From contig CAVRAY010000001.1 of NCBI GenBank assembly GCA_963719225.1, positions 672,001 through 736,000 of the forward strand: a stretch of DNA of 64,000 bases, in the 5' to 3' direction. Each line of letters opens with the position of its first letter. The stretch's first letter is position 1. This DNA comes from Thermoanaerobaculia bacterium (GTDB taxonomy: Bacteria; Acidobacteriota; Thermoanaerobaculia; UBA5066). Positions 37,546 through 46,704 of this stretch are shown here, one piece after another. The notes under the pieces are model-generated. The model was not told where the DNA came from. It saw nothing but the letters and a program-made list of their open reading frames with translations, and did not search any database. Both the position numbers and the translations under genes were made by a program.

Positions 37546-39564
37546 TTGAGCCAGGATTCGTCCGAGGCGCTCCGCGAGGAGCTGGAGAAGACGCGCGCCG
37601 AGCTTTCGCAGGCGCGCGCGCGCATCGCCGCGATGGAGATGAGCTTCTTCTGGAAGCTCCGCAACGCGTGGTGGAAACTGAAAGCCAGATTTGCCGGAGG
37701 TGGTTTCTTCGGGCGCGCAGGCCGCCCTGCCTGCCGCCGACGGAGCTCGTCCAGCTTTCCGGTTTCGCGCCCGTTCGCTTCCGCGGCCACGCGTTCGCTC
37801 GCTCGACGGACGCCGTGGACATCGTCGTTCTCGCGCACGACGATCCGTCCGTTCTCGAGGAGTGCCTCGGGGCTCTGCTCCGGCACGCCCGTCCGCCGTA
37901 TAGGCTCTTCCTCGCCGATCCGGGCGTGTCGCCCGTCGCGCGCGAATTGGCTGGAAGCGTTCGCGCGCGATCAAGGAGCCGCCCTCGTGGATGGCGCCGG
38001 CGCCTTCCAGCAGGCGCGCGATGCGGGCACCTCGCCCCATGTGCTCCTCCTCGACGGACGGGCGCGCGTCACGGCGGACATCCTCGACCGGCTGATCTCC
38101 TGCCTCGCCTCCGACCCGAACACGGCGGGCGTCGTTCCCCTCGGCGCCGACCTTCCCCTCGTCGGACCCGTGTTCGAGCGCGCGGCGCGTGAGCTGGCCG
38201 ACGGGGATGGAGCGCCTGCGACGCTCCTTGCCGCCGAGTCCGCTCGTTTCTTTCCGGCATCGGAAGAAGGCGGCGGGTCCGCGCTTCTCGTGAGGCGCCC
38301 TGCGGTGCGTTCCGGTGGATCGGAGAGCTCGCCTCGGGAGGTCCTCGCGAGGATGCGGGGCGATGGGCGGAGGATCCTCCTCGCCGACGATACCTGGATC
38401 GCGGGAGCTGTTCCGTCAGCTCCGGGCGCGCCGGACCGCGTGATAGAGGGGATCGCCTCTCGTCTCGCGTTCCTGCCAGAGCTGTTTGGCCTTCGGGAGA
38501 GCGCGCGACGGCGCTTCGAGGGGAGGCGCGTTCTCTACGTCCTTCCGGTTCTCGAGCGCGGGGGTGGATCGAACGTCGTGCTCTCGGAGGCGCGGGCGAT
38601 GGCGCGGATGGGAGTCGAAGCGCGCGTGTTCAATCTCGCGGGACACCGGACCGTTTTCGAGAAGAGCTATCCCGCGCCGGGCGTTCCGATCGTATACGGG
38701 CGCGAGTCCGATCTCGTCGAGGCCGCGCAGGGGTTCGACGCCGTGATCGGGACGGCTCACTACTCGGTGCCGTGGATGGTGCCGCTCGCGAAGCTGCCGC
38801 GGCCGCCGGTGCTCGGCTACTGCATCCAGGATTACGAGCCGCTCTTTTATGCAGAAGGCTCGGAGGATTGGAAGCGCGCGTTCGCCTCTTACGGACTCGT
38901 GCCGGGCATGAGACGTTTCTCGAAATCGAAGTGGAATGCCGACGAGGTCGTCGCCCGGACGGATCTCGATTGCGCGCTCGTGAGCGCCAGCTTCGACGCG
39001 GAGGTCTTCCGCCCGCGGCTGCCCGAACCGGCGGCGACCCCCGTGCGGATCGCGGCCATGGTGCGTCCCTCGACGCCGCGCCGGCAGCCTGGCCTCACCG
39101 TCGACGTGATGCGGACTCTGGCGCAGAAGCTCGGCGATCGGGTCGAGATCGTCCTCTTCGGATCCGAGCGGTCGGATCCCGCGTTGCGCGCCTTCCGCCT
39201 CGATTTTCCGCACCGCTTCCTCGGCGTTCTCGACGACCGCCAGCTCTCGGCGCTCCTCTCACAGGTGCACGTCTTCGCGGATCTTTCGACGTACCAGGCG
39301 CTCGGCGTTGCCTCGCTCGAGGCGATGGCATCGGGTGCCGCTGTGGTCGTCCCGAAGGCGGGCGGAGCGGGAACGTTCGCCCGGCACGACGTCAATGCCC
39401 TCGCTGTCGACACATCCTCCCGGGAGGAGTGCATCGCGTGCCTCGAACGACTCGCCACCGACGAGTCGCTTCTTCGGCGCCTTGCTGCGCAGGCGATCGT
39501 CGACGCCGGCTTCCATACGCCCGACCGTGCGGCGGCGGGGATCCTCGAGGTCCTGTTTGCCTAA
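37546..39564 (+). CDS. Coiled-coil + degenerate GT2 + GT4 glycosyltransferase (compensating frameshifts ~37700-37945)
   Basis: TTG after TACAAT; VDIVVLAHD..LEECL lies in another frame (track ORF 37494); GGGSNVV, YCIQDYE, QALGVASLEAMASG; paralogue of 26579-28591. Confidence 0.7.
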   Translation: MSQDSSEALREELEKTRAELSQARARIAAMEMSFFWKLRNAWWKLKARFAGGGFFGRAGRPACRRRSSSSFPVSRPFASAATRSLARRTPWTSSFSRTTIRPFSRSASGLCSGTPVRRIGSSSPIRACRPSRANWLEAFARDQGAALVDGAGAFQQARDAGTSPHVLLLDGRARVTADILDRLISCLASDPNTAGVVPLGADLPLVGPVFERAARELADGDGAPATLLAAESARFFPASEEGGGSALLVRRPAVRSGGSESSPREVLARMRGDGRRILLADDTWIAGAVPSAPGAPDRVIEGIASRLAFLPELFGLRESARRRFEGRRVLYVLPVLERGGGSNVVLSEARAMARMGVEARVFNLAGHRTVFEKSYPAPGVPIVYGRESDLVEAAQGFDAVIGTAHYSVPWMVPLAKLPRPPVLGYCIQDYEPLFYAEGSEDWKRAFASYGLVPGMRRFSKSKWNADEVVARTDLDCALVSASFDAEVFRPRLPEPAATPVRIAAMVRPSTPRRQPGLTVDVMRTLAQKLGDRVEIVLFGSERSDPALRAFRLDFPHRFLGVLDDRQLSALLSQVHVFADLSTYQALGVASLEAMASGAAVVVPKAGGAGTFARHDVNALAVDTSSREECIACLERLATDESLLRRLAAQAIVDAGFHTPDRAAAGILEVLFA

Positions 39565-40630
39565 GCGCAGGGTCCACGTCCTCCACGGGTTTTATGGCGC
39601 GGAGATTCCCTACAGCTGCACGTACATCCGGCTACTCTGCCCGCTCTCTCATCCATCTCTGGCTGACCGGATCGAGCTCACGCACGGCACGGCCGAGGCC
39701 GTGCCCGATTGCGACCTCCTCGTCATCGAACGGCACGTCCTCTGGCCTTACGAGAGGCAGCTGGATGGATTCGCCCGGCTGCTGTTCAGGTGCCGGCGTC
39801 TCGGCGTCCCCGTCGTCTACGAGCTCGACGACAACCTGCTCGATCTGAACCGCGACGAGCCGTGGGAGACGTACCCGGGAGGAACGCTCCGCGCCGTCGT
39901 CGCGTTCCTGGCGCGACAGGCGGACGGAATGATCGTCTCGACGGCGGCGATCGCGGAACGCGTGGCGCATCTCCGCGGCGACGTCCTCGTCGTGCCGAAC
40001 GCGCTCGACGAGCGGCTCTTCGACTCCGCGCCGGAACCGCCGACGGCGCGGTCGTCCCCGCTGACGATCGGCTACATGGGCACGCTGACGCACGAGGCGG
40101 ATCTCCGCATGGTGCTCGCGCCGGTCCGGGCTCTCCTGAAGCGCCACGCCGGAAAGGCGCGGCTGGAGCTCGTCGGTGGAGCTGAAGGACGGAGGACAGC
40201 GTCGCTGTTCGACGGCCTGCCGTTCCGGATGCGGGATCCGGAGAACGACGACCAATATCCGAGGTTCGTCCCGTGGATGCGGCAGCATCTTCGCTGGGAC
40301 CTCGCGATCGCGCCGCTCGAGGACAACGCGTTCACGCGGTGCAAGTCCGACCTCAAATACCTCGACTATGCGGCGCTCGGGATTCCAGCCGTCTTCAGCG
40401 ACGTCCGCCCTTATCGGGACACGGTGCGCCATCGCGAGACGGGGCTCCTCGCCGCAAACGAGCCGGAAGCCTGGGCGGCCGCGCTCGAGGAGATCGTGAG
40501 CGACGACGCCCTCCGCGGGCGGCTCGCGAAAACCGCGTGGACCGAAGTGCATGGAAGCCGCATGCTGAAGACGAACGCGACGCGCTGGAGCGACGCGATC
40601 GAGAAGATCGTGCCGGGGTTCTTCGCCTAG
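39557..40630 (+). CDS. GT-B glycosyltransferase
   Basis: YIRLLCP, YELDDNL, IGYMGT, IAPL..N.F..CKSDLKYLDY; TTG start overlapping previous stop. Confidence 0.82.
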   Translation: MPKRRVHVLHGFYGAEIPYSCTYIRLLCPLSHPSLADRIELTHGTAEAVPDCDLLVIERHVLWPYERQLDGFARLLFRCRRLGVPVVYELDDNLLDLNRDEPWETYPGGTLRAVVAFLARQADGMIVSTAAIAERVAHLRGDVLVVPNALDERLFDSAPEPPTARSSPLTIGYMGTLTHEADLRMVLAPVRALLKRHAGKARLELVGGAEGRRTASLFDGLPFRMRDPENDDQYPRFVPWMRQHLRWDLAIAPLEDNAFTRCKSDLKYLDYAALGIPAVFSDVRPYRDTVRHRETGLLAANEPEAWAAALEEIVSDDALRGRLAKTAWTEVHGSRMLKTNATRWSDAIEKIVPGFFA

Positions 40631-40634
40631 GCCT

Positions 40635-42377
40635 TCAGCCGCCGACGCGCAGTTGGATCTTCGGCGCCTCGAAGACGAGCGGGGTCGCGCCCTCTTGCGT
40701 CTCTTCGCCCGCGAGATGAAGGGTTATGCGCTTTCCGGCCAGCGTCGAAAGATCGACCGACAACCGCTTTGCCTTTTCGCGGGGAACGAACGCCCGCTCG
40801 TCGAGGGAGACTGGCGAACCTTCCGCCGTCAGCGAGACGCGTGCGCCCCGCCCGAACTGCCGGTCGCCGGGCGCCGCCCGGACGACCGTTGAAAACGTGG
40901 CGCGGCGCGTTTCGGGCGGGAGGTCGACGCTCCATGCCATCGCGGCGCCCGGGGGTAGAACGAGGTCGAGCCGATGAAAGTCATTCGGGTCGGCGCGGGT
41001 CCGTCCGTCGCGCGAGAAAAAGGCCGGAGCGTTCGGGGGTTCGACACCGACGCGGCCCACGGCGACGTCTCCTTGCATCAGGTACGTGCGCCGCGGACCG
41101 AAGACGGACAGCCGGTGCGCCTCCAACGCGTCGCCAAGACGGGGGAGCTCGTCCCATGGACCCTCGTCGCCCCACTGAAAAACCAGCGAATGGCAGGGCG
41201 CGGGCGCCGTTCGCCACGCTCTCAGGCAGGACGCGGAAGCGGGCGATCGCGACTGAAGATAGAAGGACTTGTCTTCCCAGGTGGCTTGCACCCTCAGCGT
41301 CATAAGCGTGACGACGAGGATCCCACCCGTCCGAACGGGAGGGGGCGCCTCGGCGAACAGTATGAGCAGCCCCATCCAGAAGAGCGCCATCGGGAACACG
41401 TACCAGGGCGCGACGCCCACCCGAAAGAGAGCGATTTGGAAAGCGACCAGCAACGCCCACGCGAGCAGGAGAAGAGCGGGAAGACAAGCGCGTAGCCTGG
41501 TTCGGAAGAGGACCAGCATCGCAACGAGCATGAGCAGCCCAGTCGCGCCCACGGCTTGCGATCCAAGACTCGGTGTGCCGGCGGCGATCCCGTTCACGAA
41601 AGGCCGTCCAAGAAGGTCCAGGATGGACACGATTTTCAGGCTAGAAACTGGTGTTAGGGCCTTGGAACCCACCGTGCTGAAGAAGAGCGGCCAGGCATAT
41701 TGAGCCGCACCCGCGACAGCTCCGCAAAGAAAGATCGCCCATGCTCCGAACGAGCGGATGCGAAGGAGAAGGAGCGCGGCCGCGAATATCGGCCACGTCA
41801 TGACTCCGCCGCCCCAGGACCACGAAGCGAGGATCCCGCCAAATGCAAGAGCCGTCGCGAGCGCGAGCGGTCTCTCTCTCCATTGCACGACCGCGCAGGC
41901 ACCGATCGCGACCCCAAGCTGCGAAATGCCGTACTGCAAAGCAGGCTCGCCGAACGTGAAGACCGTCACGCGCGACGTCGAGAAGACGAGGAGCGACAGG
42001 AGAGGGAGGAGGAGCCAGCGTGTGTGTCTCGGGATGGCCGCCGTCAGGAGAGCGAGCGTGGCTCCCGCGAGCGCGAGACCGAGGCCGAGCTCAAACCACA
42101 CCGACCAGTGAAAGAACCGAGCGTTCAGGTAGTAAATCGGAAAGATGGCGAGCCCGGAATGTGCTCCGCCGATCCAGGCTTCCTGGAGGAACTTCTGCAG
42201 GGAACACGTCCCTTCGAGCATCGAGCGGACGAGCGAGACGCGATGGACGTAGTCGTTGGAGAGGTTGTTCTCGCCGTTCGTGAAGACGATCCACGCCATG
42301 CGCGCTGGCGGCAGGAGCGCCAGGAACAGCGACGCGGCCCTTGCCGAAGCGGAAGCCGGCCTCTCCTGTTCCGTCAC
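40635..42377 (-). CDS. Polytopic membrane protein with C-terminal soluble beta domain (GT-C/GtrII-like candidate)
   Basis: ~12 hydrophobic segments; GTGA overlap with holB stop. Confidence 0.6.
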   Translation of the reverse strand: MTEQERPASASARAASLFLALLPPARMAWIVFTNGENNLSNDYVHRVSLVRSMLEGTCSLQKFLQEAWIGGAHSGLAIFPIYYLNARFFHWSVWFELGLGLALAGATLALLTAAIPRHTRWLLLPLLSLLVFSTSRVTVFTFGEPALQYGISQLGVAIGACAVVQWRERPLALATALAFGGILASWSWGGGVMTWPIFAAALLLLRIRSFGAWAIFLCGAVAGAAQYAWPLFFSTVGSKALTPVSSLKIVSILDLLGRPFVNGIAAGTPSLGSQAVGATGLLMLVAMLVLFRTRLRACLPALLLLAWALLVAFQIALFRVGVAPWYVFPMALFWMGLLILFAEAPPPVRTGGILVVTLMTLRVQATWEDKSFYLQSRSPASASCLRAWRTAPAPCHSLVFQWGDEGPWDELPRLGDALEAHRLSVFGPRRTYLMQGDVAVGRVGVEPPNAPAFFSRDGRTRADPNDFHRLDLVLPPGAAMAWSVDLPPETRRATFSTVVRAAPGDRQFGRGARVSLTAEGSPVSLDERAFVPREKAKRLSVDLSTLAGKRITLHLAGEETQEGATPLVFEAPKIQLRVGG

Positions 42378-43318
42378 AGCCCCAGCGCGAAGGCTTCCGT
42401 CGCGAGCTTCACGTTGCGGCGGGAGTCGGTGAGGCTCGCGGCGAGCTCGAGGGCGTCCGACGCCGCGTCAAGGAGATCGGCGGTCTTCGCCGTTCCGAGT
42501 CGCGCGAGGTCCTTGAAGCGCTCGCGGAAGAGGATGTGGCGGCCGGCGGGATCGACGGGAGCGGCCGCGGCGTCACGAAGGAGCTGCGCGAGGAGCTGGA
42601 GGCGGCGGACGGCCTCGGGCCCGTCCTCGGCTCCGAGGAGCGTACCCAGTGCGAGCGACCAGGAGAGGGAGCGCGTGAGGAAGACGCCGGAGACGGCTTC
42701 GAGGAGCGCGTCGCGGGTCGCGCGCGCCTCGGCGAGGTCCAGCTCGGCCGCTTCGTCCGCGTCGTTCGGCACGAACGCCGCGCGCGCCTCGGCTTCTTCC
42801 TCGCCCAACCCGCGGCTCCTCAGGGCGGTGGCCGTCTCTTCGCGTGTCGCTCCCGGGACCGGGCGGAGCGCGACGCGCGAGAGGATCGTGGGCGGGAGAA
42901 GGCGCGGGCGCGTGGCGGTCAGGATGAAGCGGGTCTTCGTGGGCGGCTCCTCGAGGATCTTCAGGAGCGCGCTGAACGCGGCGCTCTCCGTGCGGTCCAC
43001 GTCGAGGAGAACGACGGCGCGGAACGGCGCCTCGTAGGGAAGGCGCGTCGCGTCGGCGGCGACGGCGCGCACGAGCGCGGTCGGCAGCGTCGTCTCCTTG
43101 CCGTCCGCCTCCTCGAATGGAGGGGGGTTCACGCGGCGCCGCCTCTCCGGCGCGGCGACCATGAGGTCGGGATGCTCGCGCCGGTAGACGCGGCGCGCGG
43201 CGGGTGATTCGGGGTCGAAGCCGGGACCGCAGACGATCTCGGCCGCCGCCTCGAGCGCGAGGGCCTCGAGGCGCCGCCCGCCAGGGCCCGCGAGGAGAAC
43301 GACCGGCGCGCCGCTCAC
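42374..43318 (-). CDS. holB: DNA polymerase III delta' subunit
   Basis: HPDL, ALLKILEEPP, LLPPTILSR; directly downstream of tmk. Confidence 0.85.
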   Translation of the reverse strand: MSGAPVVLLAGPGGRRLEALALEAAAEIVCGPGFDPESPAARRVYRREHPDLMVAAPERRRRVNPPPFEEADGKETTLPTALVRAVAADATRLPYEAPFRAVVLLDVDRTESAAFSALLKILEEPPTKTRFILTATRPRLLPPTILSRVALRPVPGATREETATALRSRGLGEEEAEARAAFVPNDADEAAELDLAEARATRDALLEAVSGVFLTRSLSWSLALGTLLGAEDGPEAVRRLQLLAQLLRDAAAAPVDPAGRHILFRERFKDLARLGTAKTADLLDAASDALELAASLTDSRRNVKLATEAFALGL

Positions 43319-43956
43319 GCGCGCCTCCGGGGGGAGACGAAGAGAGACCGAAGATTTTCTTCGAGTGAAAGAAAGACTTCGGACGCGGGCGGCGTCGCGT
43401 CGATGACGACGAACCTTCTTGGCTCCTTCTTGACTCGACGCAGGTATGCGGCCCTCACTCTTTCATGGAAATCTCTATCTTCTCTTTCGAACCTGTCGAA
43501 CGAGGCAGCTCGGCGGTTCGCGACGCGCGCGAACGCGACATCCACCGGCAGGTCGAAAAGATACGTTCGATCGGGGTTCCGCTTGCACCAGCGCTCGTGG
43601 AGCTCGTCGACGCGCTTCTCGCCGAGCCTCCGGCCCGCACCCTGGTAGGCGCGAGAGGCGTCCGTGTACCGGTCGCAGAGGACGTGCGTCCCGGCCGCGA
43701 GGGCGGGCTCGATCATGGTCATGAGGTGATGCCGCCGGTCCGCCATCATGAGGAGGAGCTCGGCACCCGCGTCGATGTGATCCCTGGAATGGAGGAGCGC
43801 TTCGCGCAGGTGCCGCCCGAGCTCCGTCCCGCCGGGGTTCCGCGTCGCGAGGACCGGAAAGCCCCGTGCCTCCACCCAGGCGGCGGCGCGCGCGACCTGC
43901 GTGGTCTTTCCCGAGCCCTCGATCCCCTCGAAAGTCAGGAAAAGTCCGCGGGTCAC
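43315..43956 (-). CDS. tmk: Thymidylate kinase
   Basis: FEGIEGSGKTTQ, PGGT, CDRYTDAS.AYQG, DRFE. Confidence 0.95.
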   Translation of the reverse strand: MTRGLFLTFEGIEGSGKTTQVARAAAWVEARGFPVLATRNPGGTELGRHLREALLHSRDHIDAGAELLLMMADRRHHLMTMIEPALAAGTHVLCDRYTDASRAYQGAGRRLGEKRVDELHERWCKRNPDRTYLFDLPVDVAFARVANRRAASFDRFEREDRDFHERVRAAYLRRVKKEPRRFVVIDATPPASEVFLSLEENLRSLFVSPRRRA

Positions 43957-44034
43957 GACGCCGGATTCTCGCATGCAGGTTCAGCGCCTGCCCCGGAACG
44001 ATACTGGCATGCCGTTCGTATACTGAGGCAGCGC

Positions 44035-46641
44035 ATGTCGGTTCTGACGCCGGACCCGAGCAGCCCGGAGGGCGCTGTCGGCGTACCCGGCCGCTCGCCG
44101 CGGAGCGTCCTCATCTTCGTCGGGGCCCTCGGCTGCCTTCTCGCCCTCCTATCCGTCGTGGACATGTTCATGCCGAAGGCCTACGACGGCGTCGTGCCCG
44201 ACCCGTACTCCATGGGCGGCATCCTCGTCCGCGACCTCGTCCCCGGGGGAGCGGCCGAAAAGGCAGGCCTCAGGCCCGGAGACACGGTGCTCGGCATCGG
44301 GCACCACATGCTCAATAAGGCCGCCGAGGCGCCCGCCGAGCTGCGCCGGCACCGGTCGGGCGAGGCCGTGGACTACCTCGTGAGACGGGGACCGGACGTC
44401 TTCGAGACGAAACTCGCGCTCACCCCCTTCCGCCTGGGCTCCGCGTCGTATTTCTACTTCGCGTTCCTGGGCCTCCTCTTCTTCGTCCTGGGAGCCTTCG
44501 TGGTCTCGCGCCGGCCGGACGACGCGGCGGTCCAGGTCTTCTACGTCCTGTGCATCCTGTTCATGCTGTTCTTCATCTGCCGCCTGCGTCCGTCCAGCTA
44601 TTACTGGATCGACTACGTCGTGCAGGTCGCCGGCACGCTCGCCCTCTTCCTCCTGCCGGCGGTGTTCCTGCACTTCTTCCTCCTCTTCCCGAAGAAGAAG
44701 ACGTTCCGGTTCGCCGACCGTGCCTCCGAGGACGTGCCGCCGGCTCCCTGGCTCAACCTGCTCCAGAATTTCCTCAATCGCTCGCCGCTCCTGCTGACCG
44801 TCCTGTACACGCTTCCGCCCGTTCTCTACGTCCTTCAGATGGCGTGCGCGCGAGGCGGCGGCCCGCGCCGGCTCATCTACGGCGCGCCCACGCTGAACTG
44901 GATCCTGCTCGCCGACTACCTCATCCTCGGCCTCCTCGCGCTCGCGCACACGTGGTGGACGAGCGAGGACCGCGCGGCGCGCCGCCCGATCCTCGTCCTC
45001 CTGATCGGCACGGTGGCGGGGATCGTGCCGTTCGTCGTCTTCGCCGTCTTCTTCCCGTCTCTCTTCCGCGAGGACCGTTATCTCGCGTGGGGCGTCGTGC
45101 CGATGGCAATCATCCCGCTCACGTTCGCGTACGCGATCGTGAGGTTCCGGCTCTTCGACGTCGAGGTCATCGTCCGGAAGTCCCTCGTGTACGCGATCCT
45201 GACGGCGGTCGTCACGGGGTTCTACGCGCTCTGCGTCGTGGCCGGGAACGCGATCGTCTCGACCGTCTCGTCGTCGACGCTGTTCTCGTCTCCCGCGTTC
45301 GCCTTCGGCTTCGGGCTCGTCGTCGTTCTCCTCTTCGATCCGCTGCGCAGGCGGATGCAGCGCGTCGTGGATCGCGTGTTCTTCCGCGACCGCGCGGACT
45401 TCCAGCAGGCGCTCCTGGACATGAGCCGCTCCGTCGTTTCGCAGCTCGAAAGGCCGAAGCTGCGGGCGCTCCTGACGTCGCGGACGGCCGAGCTCCTGAG
45501 GCTGGAGAGCCTCGACCTCCTCCTGCCCCGCGGCGAGGACGGCGCCTTCACGGACGGCTCGAGCGGCGGCGCGAGCCTGCCCGCGCTTCCGATGGGGGCG
45601 GTGCTGCCCCGCCTCGTCCTCGAGAAGGGCGCTCCCGTTCGACTCGCAGAGCTGGACGGCTGGATGCTCGATCCCGACTCGCGCGCGTTCGTGGCGGCCG
45701 CGAAGCGCCGGCCGATCACGGTCGTCCTGCCGCTCGCGACGCAAGGCAAGCTCCTCGGGCTTCTCGCCGTCGGCCGCAAGCGCTCCGAGGAAGAGCTCTC
45801 CCGCGAGGACCTCGATCACCTGCTGACGATCGCGAATCAGGGCGCTCTCGGGCTCGAGGCCGCGGGCCTCCACGAAGAGCTCACGCGCCGGGCGGAGGTG
45901 GAGCGCGATCTCGACATCGCGCGGGAGATCCAGACGAGCCTCTTTCCGCGAGAGCTGCCGCGCGTGCCCGGCGTGTCGTTCTTCGGCGTCAGCCGGCCGG
46001 CGCGCGTCGTCGGAGGCGACTTCTACGACTTCCTCGAGGTCGACGGCGACGTGCGGACGGGCGGGCGCCTCGGCCTCGTCGTGGGCGACGTGTCGGGCAA
46101 GTCGATCCCGGCGTCCCTCCTCATGGTCGCCGCCAAGGAGATCGTCTACGCCCGGGCGATGGCCGATCCCGATCCGGGCGTCGTGTTCCGCGAGGCGAAC
46201 CGGCGCCTGTACGACATCAAGCGGCGGATGTTCGTGTCGCTCGCCTATTTCCTCCTCGACCCGAAAGCGCTCTCGCTCACGTACGCGTTCGGCGGCCAGC
46301 CGACGCCTCTCCTCGTGCGCGCGGGCTCGAGCGCGGCGGTGGAGATCCCGGCGCCGGTGAATCGCCTCCCTCTCGGCGCGTTCCGCGACGTCCCGTACGA
46401 CACGGTGACGTCCTACTTTTCGCCGGGAGACCTCCTTCTCTTCTACACGGACGGGCTGAACGAGGCGATGTCCGCCGAAATGGCACCGTACGGGGACGAG
46501 AGGCTCAAGGCCTCGTTCGTCCGCCACGCGAAACGCCCCCTGCCGGAGCTCGCCGACGAGCTTCTCGAGGACATCCGGCAGTTCACCCAGGACGCCGAGC
46601 AATACGACGATCAGACCTTCGTCCTGATGCGGATCACCTAG
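44035..46641 (+). CDS. PDZ + multi-TM + GAF + SpoIIE/PP2C phosphatase
   Basis: PGGAAEKAGLRPGD, TM region, RFRLFDVEV, GAF, VGGDFYD, GDVSGK, YTDGLNE, DDQT. Confidence 0.9.
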   Translation: MSVLTPDPSSPEGAVGVPGRSPRSVLIFVGALGCLLALLSVVDMFMPKAYDGVVPDPYSMGGILVRDLVPGGAAEKAGLRPGDTVLGIGHHMLNKAAEAPAELRRHRSGEAVDYLVRRGPDVFETKLALTPFRLGSASYFYFAFLGLLFFVLGAFVVSRRPDDAAVQVFYVLCILFMLFFICRLRPSSYYWIDYVVQVAGTLALFLLPAVFLHFFLLFPKKKTFRFADRASEDVPPAPWLNLLQNFLNRSPLLLTVLYTLPPVLYVLQMACARGGGPRRLIYGAPTLNWILLADYLILGLLALAHTWWTSEDRAARRPILVLLIGTVAGIVPFVVFAVFFPSLFREDRYLAWGVVPMAIIPLTFAYAIVRFRLFDVEVIVRKSLVYAILTAVVTGFYALCVVAGNAIVSTVSSSTLFSSPAFAFGFGLVVVLLFDPLRRRMQRVVDRVFFRDRADFQQALLDMSRSVVSQLERPKLRALLTSRTAELLRLESLDLLLPRGEDGAFTDGSSGGASLPALPMGAVLPRLVLEKGAPVRLAELDGWMLDPDSRAFVAAAKRRPITVVLPLATQGKLLGLLAVGRKRSEEELSREDLDHLLTIANQGALGLEAAGLHEELTRRAEVERDLDIAREIQTSLFPRELPRVPGVSFFGVSRPARVVGGDFYDFLEVDGDVRTGGRLGLVVGDVSGKSIPASLLMVAAKEIVYARAMADPDPGVVFREANRRLYDIKRRMFVSLAYFLLDPKALSLTYAFGGQPTPLLVRAGSSAAVEIPAPVNRLPLGAFRDVPYDTVTSYFSPGDLLLFYTDGLNEAMSAEMAPYGDERLKASFVRHAKRPLPELADELLEDIRQFTQDAEQYDDQTFVLMRIT

Positions 46642-46704
46642 AAACTCGAGGTGCCGCGGGCGCGTATCATGAGAGGGCCGCCGGTGCGGCCCTCCGGAGG
46701 ATCC

